This document shows positions 38,920 through 48,648 of a stretch of DNA of 64,000 nt, piece by piece. The DNA lies in NCBI GenBank assembly GCA_963848745.1, contig CAWKEO010000010.1, forward strand, positions 2,020 through 66,019, in the 5' to 3' direction. Every line of letters starts with the position of its first letter. Within the stretch, counting starts at the first letter, position 1. Source of the DNA: an uncultured Solirubrobacterales bacterium (lineage in GTDB: Bacteria > Actinomycetota > Thermoleophilia > Solirubrobacterales > Solirubrobacteraceae). Below the pieces are notes generated by a model. It made no database searches. It saw nothing but the letters and a program-made list of their open reading frames with translations, and had not been told where the DNA came from. Position numbers and translations under genes: made by a program.

Positions 38920-38989
38920 TTGACGTGAACGTAAGGTTTGCTGCCGCCTTACCGCACTGTTTTCGGCAGCAATCTGACGTCTGCGTCAA
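38920..38989. promoter_or_regulatory. Divergent MFS/MerR promoter region with long imperfect dyad
   Basis: TTGACGTGAACGTAAGGTTTGCTGCCG on the plus strand is mirrored by TTGACGCAGACGTCAGATTGCTGCCG on the minus strand. Confidence 0.6.
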
Positions 38990-39010
38990 CTTCTCTGCTA
39001 CGTTGAGGAG

Positions 39011-39484
39011 ATGGCGGATACCCTCCCGACCCCTCCGCTCGACGCCCCCGCGGCCGGCCCGCGCTACCGCATCGGCGAGGTGGCCGACCTCGTCGGCACC
39101 ACCACGCGGACGATCCGCTACTACGAGGAGCGGGGACTGCTCGGCGTGGCCGGCGAGCGGCCGAAGGGCGCCCACCGGCTCTACAGCGACAGCGATGTGA
39201 CCCGGCTGCGCGAGATCGTGCGCCTGCGCGACCTCCTCGGCCTCCCGCTCGAGGAGCTGGTCACGGTGATCGAGGCTGAGCAGGCGCGTGACTGCCTGCG
39301 CCGGCGCTACCGCAGTGCCGGCGACGACGCCGAGCGGGTGCGCATCCTCCGTGACTCGATGCCGTTGGTCAAGCGGCAGCTCGGGCTCGTGCGCGCCCGC
39401 CGGGAGACGCTGGCCGACTTCGAGCGCGAGCTGGCCGAGAAGCTCGAGCTCATCCGCGAGCGCCTGGACGAGCTCGGCGACTGA
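39011..39484 (+). CDS. MerR family transcriptional regulator
   Basis: YRIGEVADLVGTTTRTIRYYEERGLL...HRLYS...LGLPLEE. Confidence 0.93.
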   Translation: MADTLPTPPLDAPAAGPRYRIGEVADLVGTTTRTIRYYEERGLLGVAGERPKGAHRLYSDSDVTRLREIVRLRDLLGLPLEELVTVIEAEQARDCLRRRYRSAGDDAERVRILRDSMPLVKRQLGLVRARRETLADFERELAEKLELIRERLDELGD

Positions 39485-39551
39485 CGACGGCCCGCGCCCA
39501 GCACGCGAAGAACCGCTACCGGAGCGTCAAAGCCCCGGCTAGAGTTCGCTC

Positions 39552-40562
39552 ATGCGGGGACCTCGGAGGACGATTGCCGCACTGCTGAGCGCGGTCGCCG
39601 CGGTGTGTGCATTCGCACCCGGCGTCGCCGAGGCCCACCTGCGCTCCGGCACGGTGGCCGTCGATTATGTGGCCCAGCTGCAGAACGCCGACACCCCCGC
39701 CTACTCGGTCCGGGTCTTTCAGAGTGACCGCGGGCTCACGCTGACCGCCCGCCCGGGCCACGTGATCGTGCTCGTCGGCTATCTGGGCGAGCCGGTGCTC
39801 CGCCTCGACCGGGCCGGCCTGTGGATCGACGCCGCCTCGCCCACCGCGGTTGCGGTGGGGGTGCTCAGCAAGAGCGACGCCGCCACCTCGCCGGCGCCCC
39901 GCTGGCGGCTCGAGCCCGGGCGGCACTCGGTGAGCTGGCACGACGCCCGGCTGCAGGGCCTGCCCGCGGACGTGCGGCGGGGGCCGTTCAGCGTGCCGCT
40001 TCGCGTCGACGGTCGCAGAACGAGCCTGACCGGCGTGCTCGTGCGCCACGCCGCGCCCCCGCTTGCGTTGTGGCTGGCGTTGCTCGCCGGGGTCCTCGTC
40101 GCGGGCGCCGTGGCGCCGCTGGTCGCAGGGACCCGGGCGCTGGGGCCGGCCGCCGCGGCCTGCGCGCTCGTGGCATCGCTCAGCGCGTGCGTGTTCGCCG
40201 CCGCGTTCGCGCTCGGCGCCTACGCCTCGCCCGGGACCTGGATCGAGAGCGTCGACGAGGTCGTGTTCATCGCCGTCGGGCTCGGGCTGCTCCTGCGCGG
40301 TCCGCGCCACCTCCATGTCGCCGCCGCCATCGGCCTCGGGCTGGTCGGGCTGGCCGCCGGCCTGCTCGACGGGGCGGTCTTCTTCCATGGTGTCGTACTC
40401 GCCACCCTCCCGGCCGCGCCCGTGCGTGTGCTCGTGCTGCTCGCGGTCGGCGCCGGGATCGATGCCGCCGTCCTCGGCTCGCTCCTCTACGCCGAGGGTG
40501 CGGGGAGCGGCGGCGAGCCCGAGGTCGACGACGTGCCCGGCTTCCTCTCGGTCTCGGGCTAG
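39552..40562 (+). CDS. Hypothetical protein with signal peptide, extracellular domain and about five C-terminal TM helices
   Basis: Signal ending AEA-H, then GYLGEPVLR, SWHDARL and a hydrophobic C-terminal half. Confidence 0.7.
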   Translation: MRGPRRTIAALLSAVAAVCAFAPGVAEAHLRSGTVAVDYVAQLQNADTPAYSVRVFQSDRGLTLTARPGHVIVLVGYLGEPVLRLDRAGLWIDAASPTAVAVGVLSKSDAATSPAPRWRLEPGRHSVSWHDARLQGLPADVRRGPFSVPLRVDGRRTSLTGVLVRHAAPPLALWLALLAGVLVAGAVAPLVAGTRALGPAAAACALVASLSACVFAAAFALGAYASPGTWIESVDEVVFIAVGLGLLLRGPRHLHVAAAIGLGLVGLAAGLLDGAVFFHGVVLATLPAAPVRVLVLLAVGAGIDAAVLGSLLYAEGAGSGGEPEVDDVPGFLSVSG

Positions 40563-40695
40563 GAGCGTGCCGCAAGGCCGGGTCACCTCGACCCGGCCGA
40601 TCGCGCGCTGGGTCGCCCAGGGCGCTCGGTTCAGTAGGCCGCTGGGGCCGCGGTCGCGGCTGTGCGCCATGCGGACGCATTGCGCACAAGAGTTC

Positions 40696-40720
40696 GTTTG
40701 ACGCACGAAATCGCCGGGTA
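40696..40720 (+). promoter_or_regulatory. SigB/SigF-type general stress promoter
   Basis: GTTT-N16-GGGTA ending 36 nt upstream of the MFS start. Confidence 0.6.
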
Positions 40721-40756
40721 AGCGGACCGGCAACCGAGGCGGAGAAGGAGAGAGAG

Positions 40757-42487
40757 ATGAGCAGCACGCGCAGGCATGTGGGCGCGTCGAGCACAGTCGA
40801 GCCGCAGCGATCCGGGCATGCGCCGGTCCACCTCAGTCGGGGCACGCTGGCGTCGGCGATGGTCGCGGTGTGCGTCGCCCAGGTCGGCCTGGCCATTCCG
40901 GCGGTGCTCAACGGCCTGTTCCAGAAGGACCTGGGAACGACGGCGGCGCAGCTCGACTGGATCTCGGACGCCTTCCTGGTGCCGATCGTGCTGCTCGAGC
41001 TCACCTTCGGTGTGCTCGGTGACCTGTTCGGCCGCAAGCGCCTGCTGCTCGTGGGCGCCGGGCTGCTCGTCATCGGCGAAGTCGTGTCGGTGCTCACGCC
41101 CGGCGCGTCGAGCAGCACCGATACGCGCGTGGCCGTCCTGTGGGCCGGCCAAGCCGTGTCGGGGATCGGCGCCGCGGCGCTCTTCCCGGCCTCGCTGGCG
41201 ATGGTGGCCGCGAGCACGCACACCGCGCACGAGCGAGGCCGGGTGATCTCCCTGTGGGCGGCCGCCCTGTCGAGCGGCGGGTTCCTGTCGCCGGTGATCG
41301 GCGGCGCGCTGGCCAAGCTCAGCTTCGGCTCGGATCCGAACGCGAGCTGGCGCTGGGCGTTCATCGCCGTCGCCGTGCTCGCCGCGCTCAGCTTCGTGGT
41401 CTCCTTCGCGCTGGCCGAGGACTCCTCCTCGCCCGAGGGCCGCTCGCTCGACTGGCCGGGCCAGATCACCGTGGCGGTCGGCCTGTTCGCGGTGCTGTTC
41501 GCGGTCATCCAGGCCTCGACGGCCGGCTGGGGGAGCACCGAGGTGGTGGTCGGCTTCGTCGTCGGCGCCGTCTTCATGGGCCTGTTCATCGCCGTCGAGC
41601 GCCGGGTCGCGGCGCCGCTGCTGCGCCTCGACCTGTTCGCCAACCGCGCGTTCGCGGTCACCGCGCTGGTCACCGTGGTGGGCATGTTCGCCTTCCTGGG
41701 CACCGCGTATTCGGCCAGCATCCGACTGTCCGCGATCCAGGGCTTCAGCCCGCTGAAGACCGCGGTCGCCTTCGTGCTCATCCAGGGGTTCGCCCTCGTG
41801 CTCCAGCCCGTGGTCGCCCGCGTGCTCCCGCGGCTGAACCCGCGCTGGGTGCTCGGTGCCGGCTTCCTGCTCATCGCCGCCGGCGACTACTGGGCCTCCT
41901 CGCTGTCGGCGGCGCATCTGTCGATCGGACCGATCATCGCTCCGCTCGTGCTCGTCGGGATCGGCTTCGCGTTCGCCATCTCGTCGGTGACCGCGGTCGC
42001 GGTGAACACCGTCCCCGCACGCCTGACCGGCATGGCGAGCGCGACCACCAGCCTGCTGCGCGACTTCGGCTTCACGCTCGGTCCGGCGGTCATCGGCGCC
42101 GTCGCGCTCAGCCGGGCCGCTTCGCACATCCAGGCTCAGATCGCCTCGAGCCCGGCGCTGCAGAAGGCGGTGAACGGGTTCTACGCCGCGCCGGCCCACG
42201 CGCCGGCGGCCCAGCGCGCAGCGCTCGCCCAGGCCGTGGGGGCAGTGAAGTCTGGCCCGCTGGGGGCGAACGCCGTGCCCGCGAGCGTCCACGCGGGGGG
42301 CCACACGATCCCGCTGAACCCGCTCAAATCGGTCGCCTTCCACGCCCTCGACAATGCCTTCTCGGTCGGCTTCATGGTCTGCGGCGTATCGGCCACGGTG
42401 GCCGGCCTGCTCGTGCTGCTCGTGCTCAGGCGCCAGCCGGAGCGCCACGAGGGGCGCGACCCGGTGGACGACCCCGTGGTGGTGTGA
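40757..42487 (+). CDS. MFS transporter (DHA2-like)
   Basis: RBS AAGGAG, GVLGDLFGRKR, WRWAF, LDWPG and PLLRLDLF. Confidence 0.92.
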   Translation: MSSTRRHVGASSTVEPQRSGHAPVHLSRGTLASAMVAVCVAQVGLAIPAVLNGLFQKDLGTTAAQLDWISDAFLVPIVLLELTFGVLGDLFGRKRLLLVGAGLLVIGEVVSVLTPGASSSTDTRVAVLWAGQAVSGIGAAALFPASLAMVAASTHTAHERGRVISLWAAALSSGGFLSPVIGGALAKLSFGSDPNASWRWAFIAVAVLAALSFVVSFALAEDSSSPEGRSLDWPGQITVAVGLFAVLFAVIQASTAGWGSTEVVVGFVVGAVFMGLFIAVERRVAAPLLRLDLFANRAFAVTALVTVVGMFAFLGTAYSASIRLSAIQGFSPLKTAVAFVLIQGFALVLQPVVARVLPRLNPRWVLGAGFLLIAAGDYWASSLSAAHLSIGPIIAPLVLVGIGFAFAISSVTAVAVNTVPARLTGMASATTSLLRDFGFTLGPAVIGAVALSRAASHIQAQIASSPALQKAVNGFYAAPAHAPAAQRAALAQAVGAVKSGPLGANAVPASVHAGGHTIPLNPLKSVAFHALDNAFSVGFMVCGVSATVAGLLVLLVLRRQPERHEGRDPVDDPVVV

Positions 42488-42517
42488 GCGCGGGCAAGTT
42501 CGGGGAGAATCGCGTCC

Positions 42518-43243
42518 GTGCTCGGCCTGCCAGATGCCATCACGGCCTGCCTGTTCGACCTCGACGGTGTGCTCACGCCGACAGAGAAGATCCATGCCAG
42601 GGCGTGGAAGCAGATGTTCGACGCCTACCTGAAGGAGCGCGACCCCGGCCAGGCGCCGTTCGATCTCCACGACGACTACGACGAGTACGTCGACGGGCGC
42701 CCCCGCTACGAGGGCGTGCAGGCGTTCCTTCGCTCGCGCGGGATCGAGCTGCCGCGCGGAACGCCCGAGGACCCGCCCGACGCCGAGACGATCGACGGTC
42801 TGGGCAACCGCAAGAACGAGCTCGTGCAGAAGCTGATCGACGAGGAGGGCGTGGACCCGTATGAGGGCTCGATGCGCTTCGTGCGCGCCGCCCGCGAAGC
42901 CGGGCTGCGCTGCGCGGTCGTGTCCTCGAGCGCGAACGCCAAGGCGGTGCTCCACTCGGCCGGGTACGACGGCTGCTTCGACGCCGTCATCGACGGCGCC
43001 GTGGCCGATCGCGACGAGTTGAAGGGCAAGCCGGCGCCGGACACCTTCCTGGCCGGGGCGCGGGCGCTCGACGTCGCTCCTGATCACGCGGCGGTGTTCG
43101 AGGACGCGCTGGTGGGCGTGCAGGCCGGCCACGCCGGGAAGTTCGGGTTCGTCGTCGGGGTCAACCGGGCCGACCAGGCCGAGGCGCTGCGCGAGCACGG
43201 CGCCGACACGGTCGTCGACGACCTGGCCGACCTGCTCGATTGA
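42518..43243 (+). CDS. pgmB: Beta-phosphoglucomutase family HAD hydrolase
   Basis: FDLDGVLT, VSSSAN, GKPAPD and VFEDA..GVQAG. Coupled to the GH65 gene. Confidence 0.88.
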   Translation: MLGLPDAITACLFDLDGVLTPTEKIHARAWKQMFDAYLKERDPGQAPFDLHDDYDEYVDGRPRYEGVQAFLRSRGIELPRGTPEDPPDAETIDGLGNRKNELVQKLIDEEGVDPYEGSMRFVRAAREAGLRCAVVSSSANAKAVLHSAGYDGCFDAVIDGAVADRDELKGKPAPDTFLAGARALDVAPDHAAVFEDALVGVQAGHAGKFGFVVGVNRADQAEALREHGADTVVDDLADLLD

Positions 43244-45625
43244 CCGTGATCGCCCATCCCGCGTTCGAGGTCGATCCCTGGACGGTGCGGGAGGCGGCGC
43301 TCGACCTCGAGGTGCTCGCCCAGACCGAGTCGGTGTTCGCGCTCGGCAACGGGCACCTGGGAATGCGCGGAAACCTCGACGAGGGCGAGCCGGTCGCGCT
43401 GCCGGGCACCTATCTGAACGGCTTCTACGAGAATCGTCCGCTGCCATCGGCCGAGACGGCCTACGGCGAGCCGGAGTCGGGTCAGACCGTTGTCAACATC
43501 ACCGACGGCAAGCTCATCCGGCTTCACGTCGACGACCAGGTGCTGGACATCCGCTACGGGAGGCTGCACCGGCATGAGCGGACGCTCGACCTGCGCGCCG
43601 GCACGCTGACCCGCGAGCTCGAGTGGGAGTCGCCAACGGGCAAGCGGGTGCGCGTGCGCTCGGTGCGGTTGATCTCGTTCGTCCTGCGGGGCGTCGCGGC
43701 GATCCGCTACGAGGTGACGCCGCTGCACGCCAGCTCGCGGCTCGTCGTCCAGTCCGAACTGGTGGCCAACCAGCCGATCCCGGGCGCCGGCAACGACCCG
43801 CGGGTGGCCGCGGCGCTCGAGAAACCCCTGATCGATGAGGCTGCGCTTGCCCACGACACCGAATCGCTGCTCGCCCACCGCACGGCGAAGAGCGGGCTGC
43901 GGCTGGCCGTCGGGATGCGCCATCTCCTCGACGGCCCCGACAACGTCTCGCTCGAGAATCGCGCCCAGGAGGACGTGGCCCGGGTGACCATCGCCGCCGA
44001 CGTCGAGGCGGGGGAGACGCTGGTGGTGACCAAGCTGCTCTCCTACGCGTGGTCCTCGCGGCGGTCGGCTGACTCGCTGCGCGCGCAGGTGGCCGGGGCC
44101 CTGGCCGAGGCCGGGCACACCGGATGGGACGGGCTGCAGGCCATGCAGCGCGAGTACCTGGACGATTTCTGGGAGCGGGCCGACGTCGAGATCGAGGGCG
44201 ACGACGAGCTGCAACAGGCGGTTCGTTTCGCCCTGTTTCAGGTTCTGCAGGCGGGAGCGCGGGTGGAGGGCCGGGCGGTGGCGGCCAAGGGCCTCACCGG
44301 CTCGGGCTACGACGGACACGCGTTCTGGGACACCGAGAGCTTCGTGCTGCCGGTCCTCACCTACACGGTTCCCCGCGCCGCCCGCGACGCGCTGATCTGG
44401 CGCCATACGACGCTCGAGTCGGCTCGGGAGCGGGCCGCAGGAGCTCCGTCTGCGCGGGGCCGCGTTTCCCTGGCGGACGATCCACGGCGAGGAGTGCTCG
44501 GGCTACTGGCCGGCCAGCACCGCCGCCGTGCACATCAACGCCGACATCGCCGACGCCGTGCGCCGCTACTGCCTGGTCAGCGGCGACACCGACTTCGATC
44601 GCGACTACGGAGTCGAGCTGCTCGCCGAGACGGCGCGGCTGTGGATGTCCCTGGCCACCCGCGACGGGCACGGGGAGATCCGTTTCGACGGCGTCACCGG
44701 GCCCGATGAGTACAGCGCGCTGGCCGACAACAACCTCTACACGAACCTGATGGCGGCCCGCAACCTCCGCGCCGCGGCCGATGCGGCCGAGCGCCACCCC
44801 GACGTGGCCGACAAGCTGGAGATCGAGACCGAGGAAGTCGAGAGCTGGCGCGACGCCTGCGAACGCATCCACATCCCCTACAACGAGGATCTCGAGGTGC
44901 ACGAGCAGGCCTCGGGCTTCACCCGCCACGAGCGCTGGGACTTCGAAGCCACGGGCGCGGACCAGTATCCGCTGCTGCTGCACTTCCCCTACTTCCAGAT
45001 CTACCGCCGCCAGGTGGTCAAGCAGGCCGACCTGGTGCTCGCGCTGTACACGTGCGGGGATCGCTTCACGGCCCAGGAGAAGGCGCGCGACTTCGAGTAC
45101 TACGAGGCGCTGACCGTGCGCGACTCCTCGCTGTCGGCCTGCACGCAGGCGATCATCGCCGCCGAGGTCGGCCATCTCGAGCTCGCCTACGCCTATCTCG
45201 GCGAGGCGGCGCTGATGGACCTCGACGACCTCGAGCACAACACGCGCGATGGTCTGCACATCGCCTCGCTGGCCGGCGCCTGGCTGGCCGTGGTGGCCGG
45301 CTTCGGCGGTCTGCGCGACCACGGCGAGCGGCTCGAGTTCGCGCCCCGGCTCCCCGCGGCACTTGCGCGGATCAGCTTCCGCCTGGGCGTGCGCGACGCC
45401 CGCCTGCTCGTCGAGGTGGAGCCGAGCCGGGCCCGCTACACGCTGCACGGAGCCGAGGCGCTCGAGATCGGTCACCACGGCGAGGAGGTGACCCTGCGGG
45501 CCGAGGAGCCGCTCGAGCTCGAGATCCCCGAGGTGAAGGAGCTGGAGGCGCCGAGCCAGCCGGCGGGTCGTGCGCCGTTGCCCCGCGAGCCGCGCCAGGG
45601 CGCGACCACTAGTGTGAGCCGCTGA
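43240..45625 (+). CDS. Glycoside hydrolase family 65 (trehalose/maltose phosphorylase-like), with a frameshift at ~44438
   Basis: ESVFALGNGHLGMRG and AKGLTGSGYDGHAFWDTE, then in another frame FPWRTIHGEE, HINAD, GPDEY, KQAD and DSSLS. Confidence 0.92.
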
Positions 45626-45649
45626 CAACTGCGAGGAACGGAGACGAGC

Positions 45650-46669
45650 ATGCAACTGGGAATGGTCGGACTGGGTCGGATGGGCGCGAACCTGGTCAGG
45701 CGCCTGATGCGCGACGGCCACGAGTGCGTGGTCTACGACGTGAGCGCGGACGCGGTGAAGTCGCTCGAGTCCGAGGGCGCGAGCGGCGCGGGCACGCTCG
45801 AGGAGTTCGTGGGCAAGCTCGAGAAGCCCCGGGCCATCTGGGTGATGGTGCCGGCGGGCGAGATCACCGAGAAGACGGTCATGGGGCTGGTCGAGCACAT
45901 GGACGCCGACGACGTGATCATCGATGGCGGCAACACCTACTACCGCGACGACATCCGGCGCGCGCGCGCGCTCCAGGAGAAGCAGATCCACTACATCGAC
46001 TGCGGCACCAGCGGCGGCGTCTGGGGTCTCGAGCGCGGCTACTGCCTGATGATCGGCGGTGATGATCAGGCCGTGGAGCGGCTTGACCCGATCTTCAAGT
46101 CGATCGCCCCCGGCGTCGAGGCGGCGGTCCGCACCCCGGGCCGCGACGGCGAGCCGAGCCGGGCCGAGCAGGGTTACCTGCACTGCGGGCCGGCCGGCGC
46201 GGGCCACTTCGTGAAGATGGTCCACAACGGCATCGAGTACGGCCTCATGGCCGCCTACGCCGAGGGCCTGAACATCCTCCGGAACGCGAACGCGGGCAAG
46301 ATCGCGCGTGAGTCGGACGCCGAGACGGCGCCGATGGAGGACCCGAGCTTCTACATGTTCGACATCGACGTCGCCGAGGTGAGCGAGGTGTGGCGGCGGG
46401 GCAGCGTGGTCGCCTCCTGGCTGCTCGACCTCACCGCCCAGGCGCTGGCGTCCTCGCCCGACCTCGAGGAGTACTCGGGCCGGGTCTCGGACTCCGGGGA
46501 GGGCCGGTGGACGGCGATCGCCGCCATCGACGAGGGCGTCCCGGCGCCGGTGCTGACGACCGCGCTCTACTCGCGCTTCGCCTCGCGGGACCTGGACAAG
46601 TTCGCCAACCAGGTGCTGTCCGCGCAGCGGGCCGGGTTCGGCGGCCATGCGGAGAAGCCGGGCGGCTGA
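45650..46669 (+). CDS. gnd: 6-phosphogluconate dehydrogenase, decarboxylating (short YqeC/GntZ type)
   Basis: [41 protein letters not shown] and FGGH. Confidence 0.95.
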   Translation: MQLGMVGLGRMGANLVRRLMRDGHECVVYDVSADAVKSLESEGASGAGTLEEFVGKLEKPRAIWVMVPAGEITEKTVMGLVEHMDADDVIIDGGNTYYRDDIRRARALQEKQIHYIDCGTSGGVWGLERGYCLMIGGDDQAVERLDPIFKSIAPGVEAAVRTPGRDGEPSRAEQGYLHCGPAGAGHFVKMVHNGIEYGLMAAYAEGLNILRNANAGKIARESDAETAPMEDPSFYMFDIDVAEVSEVWRRGSVVASWLLDLTAQALASSPDLEEYSGRVSDSGEGRWTAIAAIDEGVPAPVLTTALYSRFASRDLDKFANQVLSAQRAGFGGHAEKPGG

Positions 46670-46720
46670 GCTTCTGGCGCGGCGCGCCCGCGCCGCCCGG
46701 CGCCGTGGCGAGTGGAGAGT

Positions 46721-46754
46721 GGAGAGTTCGCCACGCTGGACGTGGCGAATTTCC
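46721..46754. repeat. Intergenic hairpin between convergent gnd and SDR (terminator or REP-like)
   Basis: GAGTTCGCCACG-CTGGA-CGTGGCGAATTT, preceded by GAGTGGA tandem units. Confidence 0.45.
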
Positions 46755-46798
46755 CGCGACGGCGCGAGGGCGGCGTCAGCGCGTCGGCGACAGCGACC

Positions 46799-47590
46799 TC
46801 AGCGATCGAACGCTGCCCGAGCCACCGTGTCGAGGATCTGGCGCGGGCCCCGCTCAGCCAGCCGGGCAAGCTGGCTCTTGCCGCCGGGCTCCAGACGCTC
46901 CTTGTCGGAGATGATCGCGGCGACGATCTTCTCCGCCCAGTCGCCGGGATCGCGCCACTCCCAGCTCGACGGGTCGGCGTGGGGCTCGAGCTGCTCGGCC
47001 GCCTGCTTCAGCATGTCGGTGTCGTAGCCGCCGGTGATCAGCTCCAGCGTCGTCACGTGCGTCTGGTCCAGCTCGCGGCGCAGGCAGTGGGTGAACGATG
47101 CCACGCCGGCCTTGGTGGCCGCGTAGACGCCGGTGCCGGGGAAGTCGATGTGGGAGATGATGCTCGCCTGGTTGACGATCTTGCCCCGGTCTCGGGCCAG
47201 CATCCCGGGCAGTACGCGATGGGTGAGGTGGATGAGGCCGGTCAGGTTCGCCTGCACGGTGGCGTAGATGTCGGCCAGCTCGAGCTGCTCGACCCGACCG
47301 CCGGTGAACTCGCCGGCGTTGTTGATCAGGATGTCGATCTCTCCGAGCGCCGGGCCGAGCTCCGAGCAGGACTCCTCGAGCGCCGCGCAGGATCCGAGGT
47401 CGATGCGCACGGGCCGGATCTCCGCCGCCAGGGCACCGGCCTCCGGCGAGGGCGTCGGGGCCGTGTAGCGGTCGAGCTCACGCACGCCGGCGAGCAGCCG
47501 GACGGGTTCGCGAGCCAGGCGGCTGAGCAGCGCGTGGCCGATGCCGCGGTTGGAGCCGGTGAGCAGGATCGTGCGTCCCTCGAGGTCCAT
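46799..47590 (-). CDS. SDR family oxidoreductase
   Basis: TGSNRGIG, NNAG and YAATK. Confidence 0.92.
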   Translation of the reverse strand: MDLEGRTILLTGSNRGIGHALLSRLAREPVRLLAGVRELDRYTAPTPSPEAGALAAEIRPVRIDLGSCAALEESCSELGPALGEIDILINNAGEFTGGRVEQLELADIYATVQANLTGLIHLTHRVLPGMLARDRGKIVNQASIISHIDFPGTGVYAATKAGVASFTHCLRRELDQTHVTTLELITGGYDTDMLKQAAEQLEPHADPSSWEWRDPGDWAEKIVAAIISDKERLEPGGKSQLARLAERGPRQILDTVARAAFDR

Positions 47591-47593
47591 GGC

Positions 47594-47683
47594 TCAGCTC
47601 CGCCTCCTCAGCGCGTCCGCCGTGCGGCGGGCCGGCAACGCGTTCCACTGCACCGTGTCCCCCGGCCGGAATGATTTCTCCAT
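47594..47683 (-). pseudogene. 29-aa remnant of a DUF2945 (Hva1 TUDOR-like) gene, apparently an in-frame internal deletion
   Basis: MEKSFRPGDTVQWN-ALPARRT-ADALRRRS*. Family-like N- and C-termini without the middle. RBS AAGGGA and a GGGTA element lie upstream. Confidence 0.55.
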
Positions 47684-47749
47684 GTCCCTTCGCCTACCCC
47701 GTCGGGCGGCCGACTACCGGGCCGGGCCGTGGGCTGGCAGGATGCGCGC

Positions 47750-47866
47750 ATGGGGACACTGAGCTTCACGACCAACCTGCAGGCGCGCGGCCGGATCACC
47801 GAGGCCAAGCGGGAGGAGACCCGCCGCCGGCGGGTGCAGGACACACTCGAGCGGCTGCGCGGTTGA
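47750..47866 (+). pseudogene. 38-aa remnant of a DUF1905/YdeI-OmpD-associated gene, apparently an in-frame internal deletion
   Basis: MGTLSFTTNLQARG joined directly to RITEAKREETRRRRVQDTLERLRG*. The AKREETR.RR motif marks the YdeI/OmdA C-terminus. Confidence 0.6.
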
Positions 47867-48594
47867 TGGCGGTCAAGGCCTGCCTGAACGGCGCCCGGAC
47901 GCGCGAGGAGCACCCGGCCGTCCCGCTCACTGCGGCTGAGCTGGCCGCCGATGCCCGGGCGGCTCGCGCCGCGGGGGCGTTCGCGGTCCACGTGCACCCG
48001 CGCGATCGCGACGGGCGTCAGACGCTGGGCGCGCGCGAGTGCGATGCCGCCGTGGCCGCGATCCGGAAGGCGGCGCCGGGACTGCCGGTCGGGCTCTCGA
48101 CCGGGGCGTTCATCGAGCCCGATCCGTTTGCCCGAGCCGCCGCGCTCGCGCGCCTGCGCACCCCGCCGGACTTCGTGTCGGTGAACCTGTCCGAGCTCGG
48201 CTGGCCCGGGCTGATGCGGGCGGCGCTGCACGCCGGCATCGCCGTCGAGGCCGGCCTGGCCGCGCCGGCGGACGCCCAGGCGCTGATCGAGAGCCCGTTC
48301 ACGCACCGCATCCTGCGCGCGCTCGTCGAGGTCGAGGGCGGGGTGGCCGAGGCGCAGGCGATCTCAGAGCTCGTTCCGGCCGGGATCCCGCAGCTCTGGC
48401 ACGGCTACGAGGCCGCGACCTGGGTTCTCATCGCCGAGGCGGCGCGGCGGGGTCTCGACGTGCGCGTCGGGCTCGAGGACACGCTCGTGCTCCCGGACGG
48501 GCACTCGGCGCCGGGCAACGCGGAGCTGGTGGCCGCGGCGGTGGCCGTGGCCGGTCAGGCGCTCAGTCCACCGAGCGCCGAATCCGCCGGCTGA
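47866..48594 (+). CDS. Beta-keto acid cleavage enzyme (DUF849/BKACE, 3-keto-5-aminohexanoate cleavage family)
   Basis: KACLNGAR, HPAVP, VHVHPRD, STG, SVN, VRVGLEDT and NAELV. Confidence 0.92.
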   Translation: MAVKACLNGARTREEHPAVPLTAAELAADARAARAAGAFAVHVHPRDRDGRQTLGARECDAAVAAIRKAAPGLPVGLSTGAFIEPDPFARAAALARLRTPPDFVSVNLSELGWPGLMRAALHAGIAVEAGLAAPADAQALIESPFTHRILRALVEVEGGVAEAQAISELVPAGIPQLWHGYEAATWVLIAEAARRGLDVRVGLEDTLVLPDGHSAPGNAELVAAAVAVAGQALSPPSAESAG

Positions 48595-48648
48595 CCGTCC
48601 CCTGGCGCGCGAGTCGATCCGCGCGCTCGGGTCCGGGGCGGGGGCGGC

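Noticed and set aside
44420..44460. Programmed ribosomal frameshift in GH65 (and the other split genes)
   Set aside because: No slippery heptamer plus stimulator is visible, and these families are not known to recode. A sequencing indel is more parsimonious.
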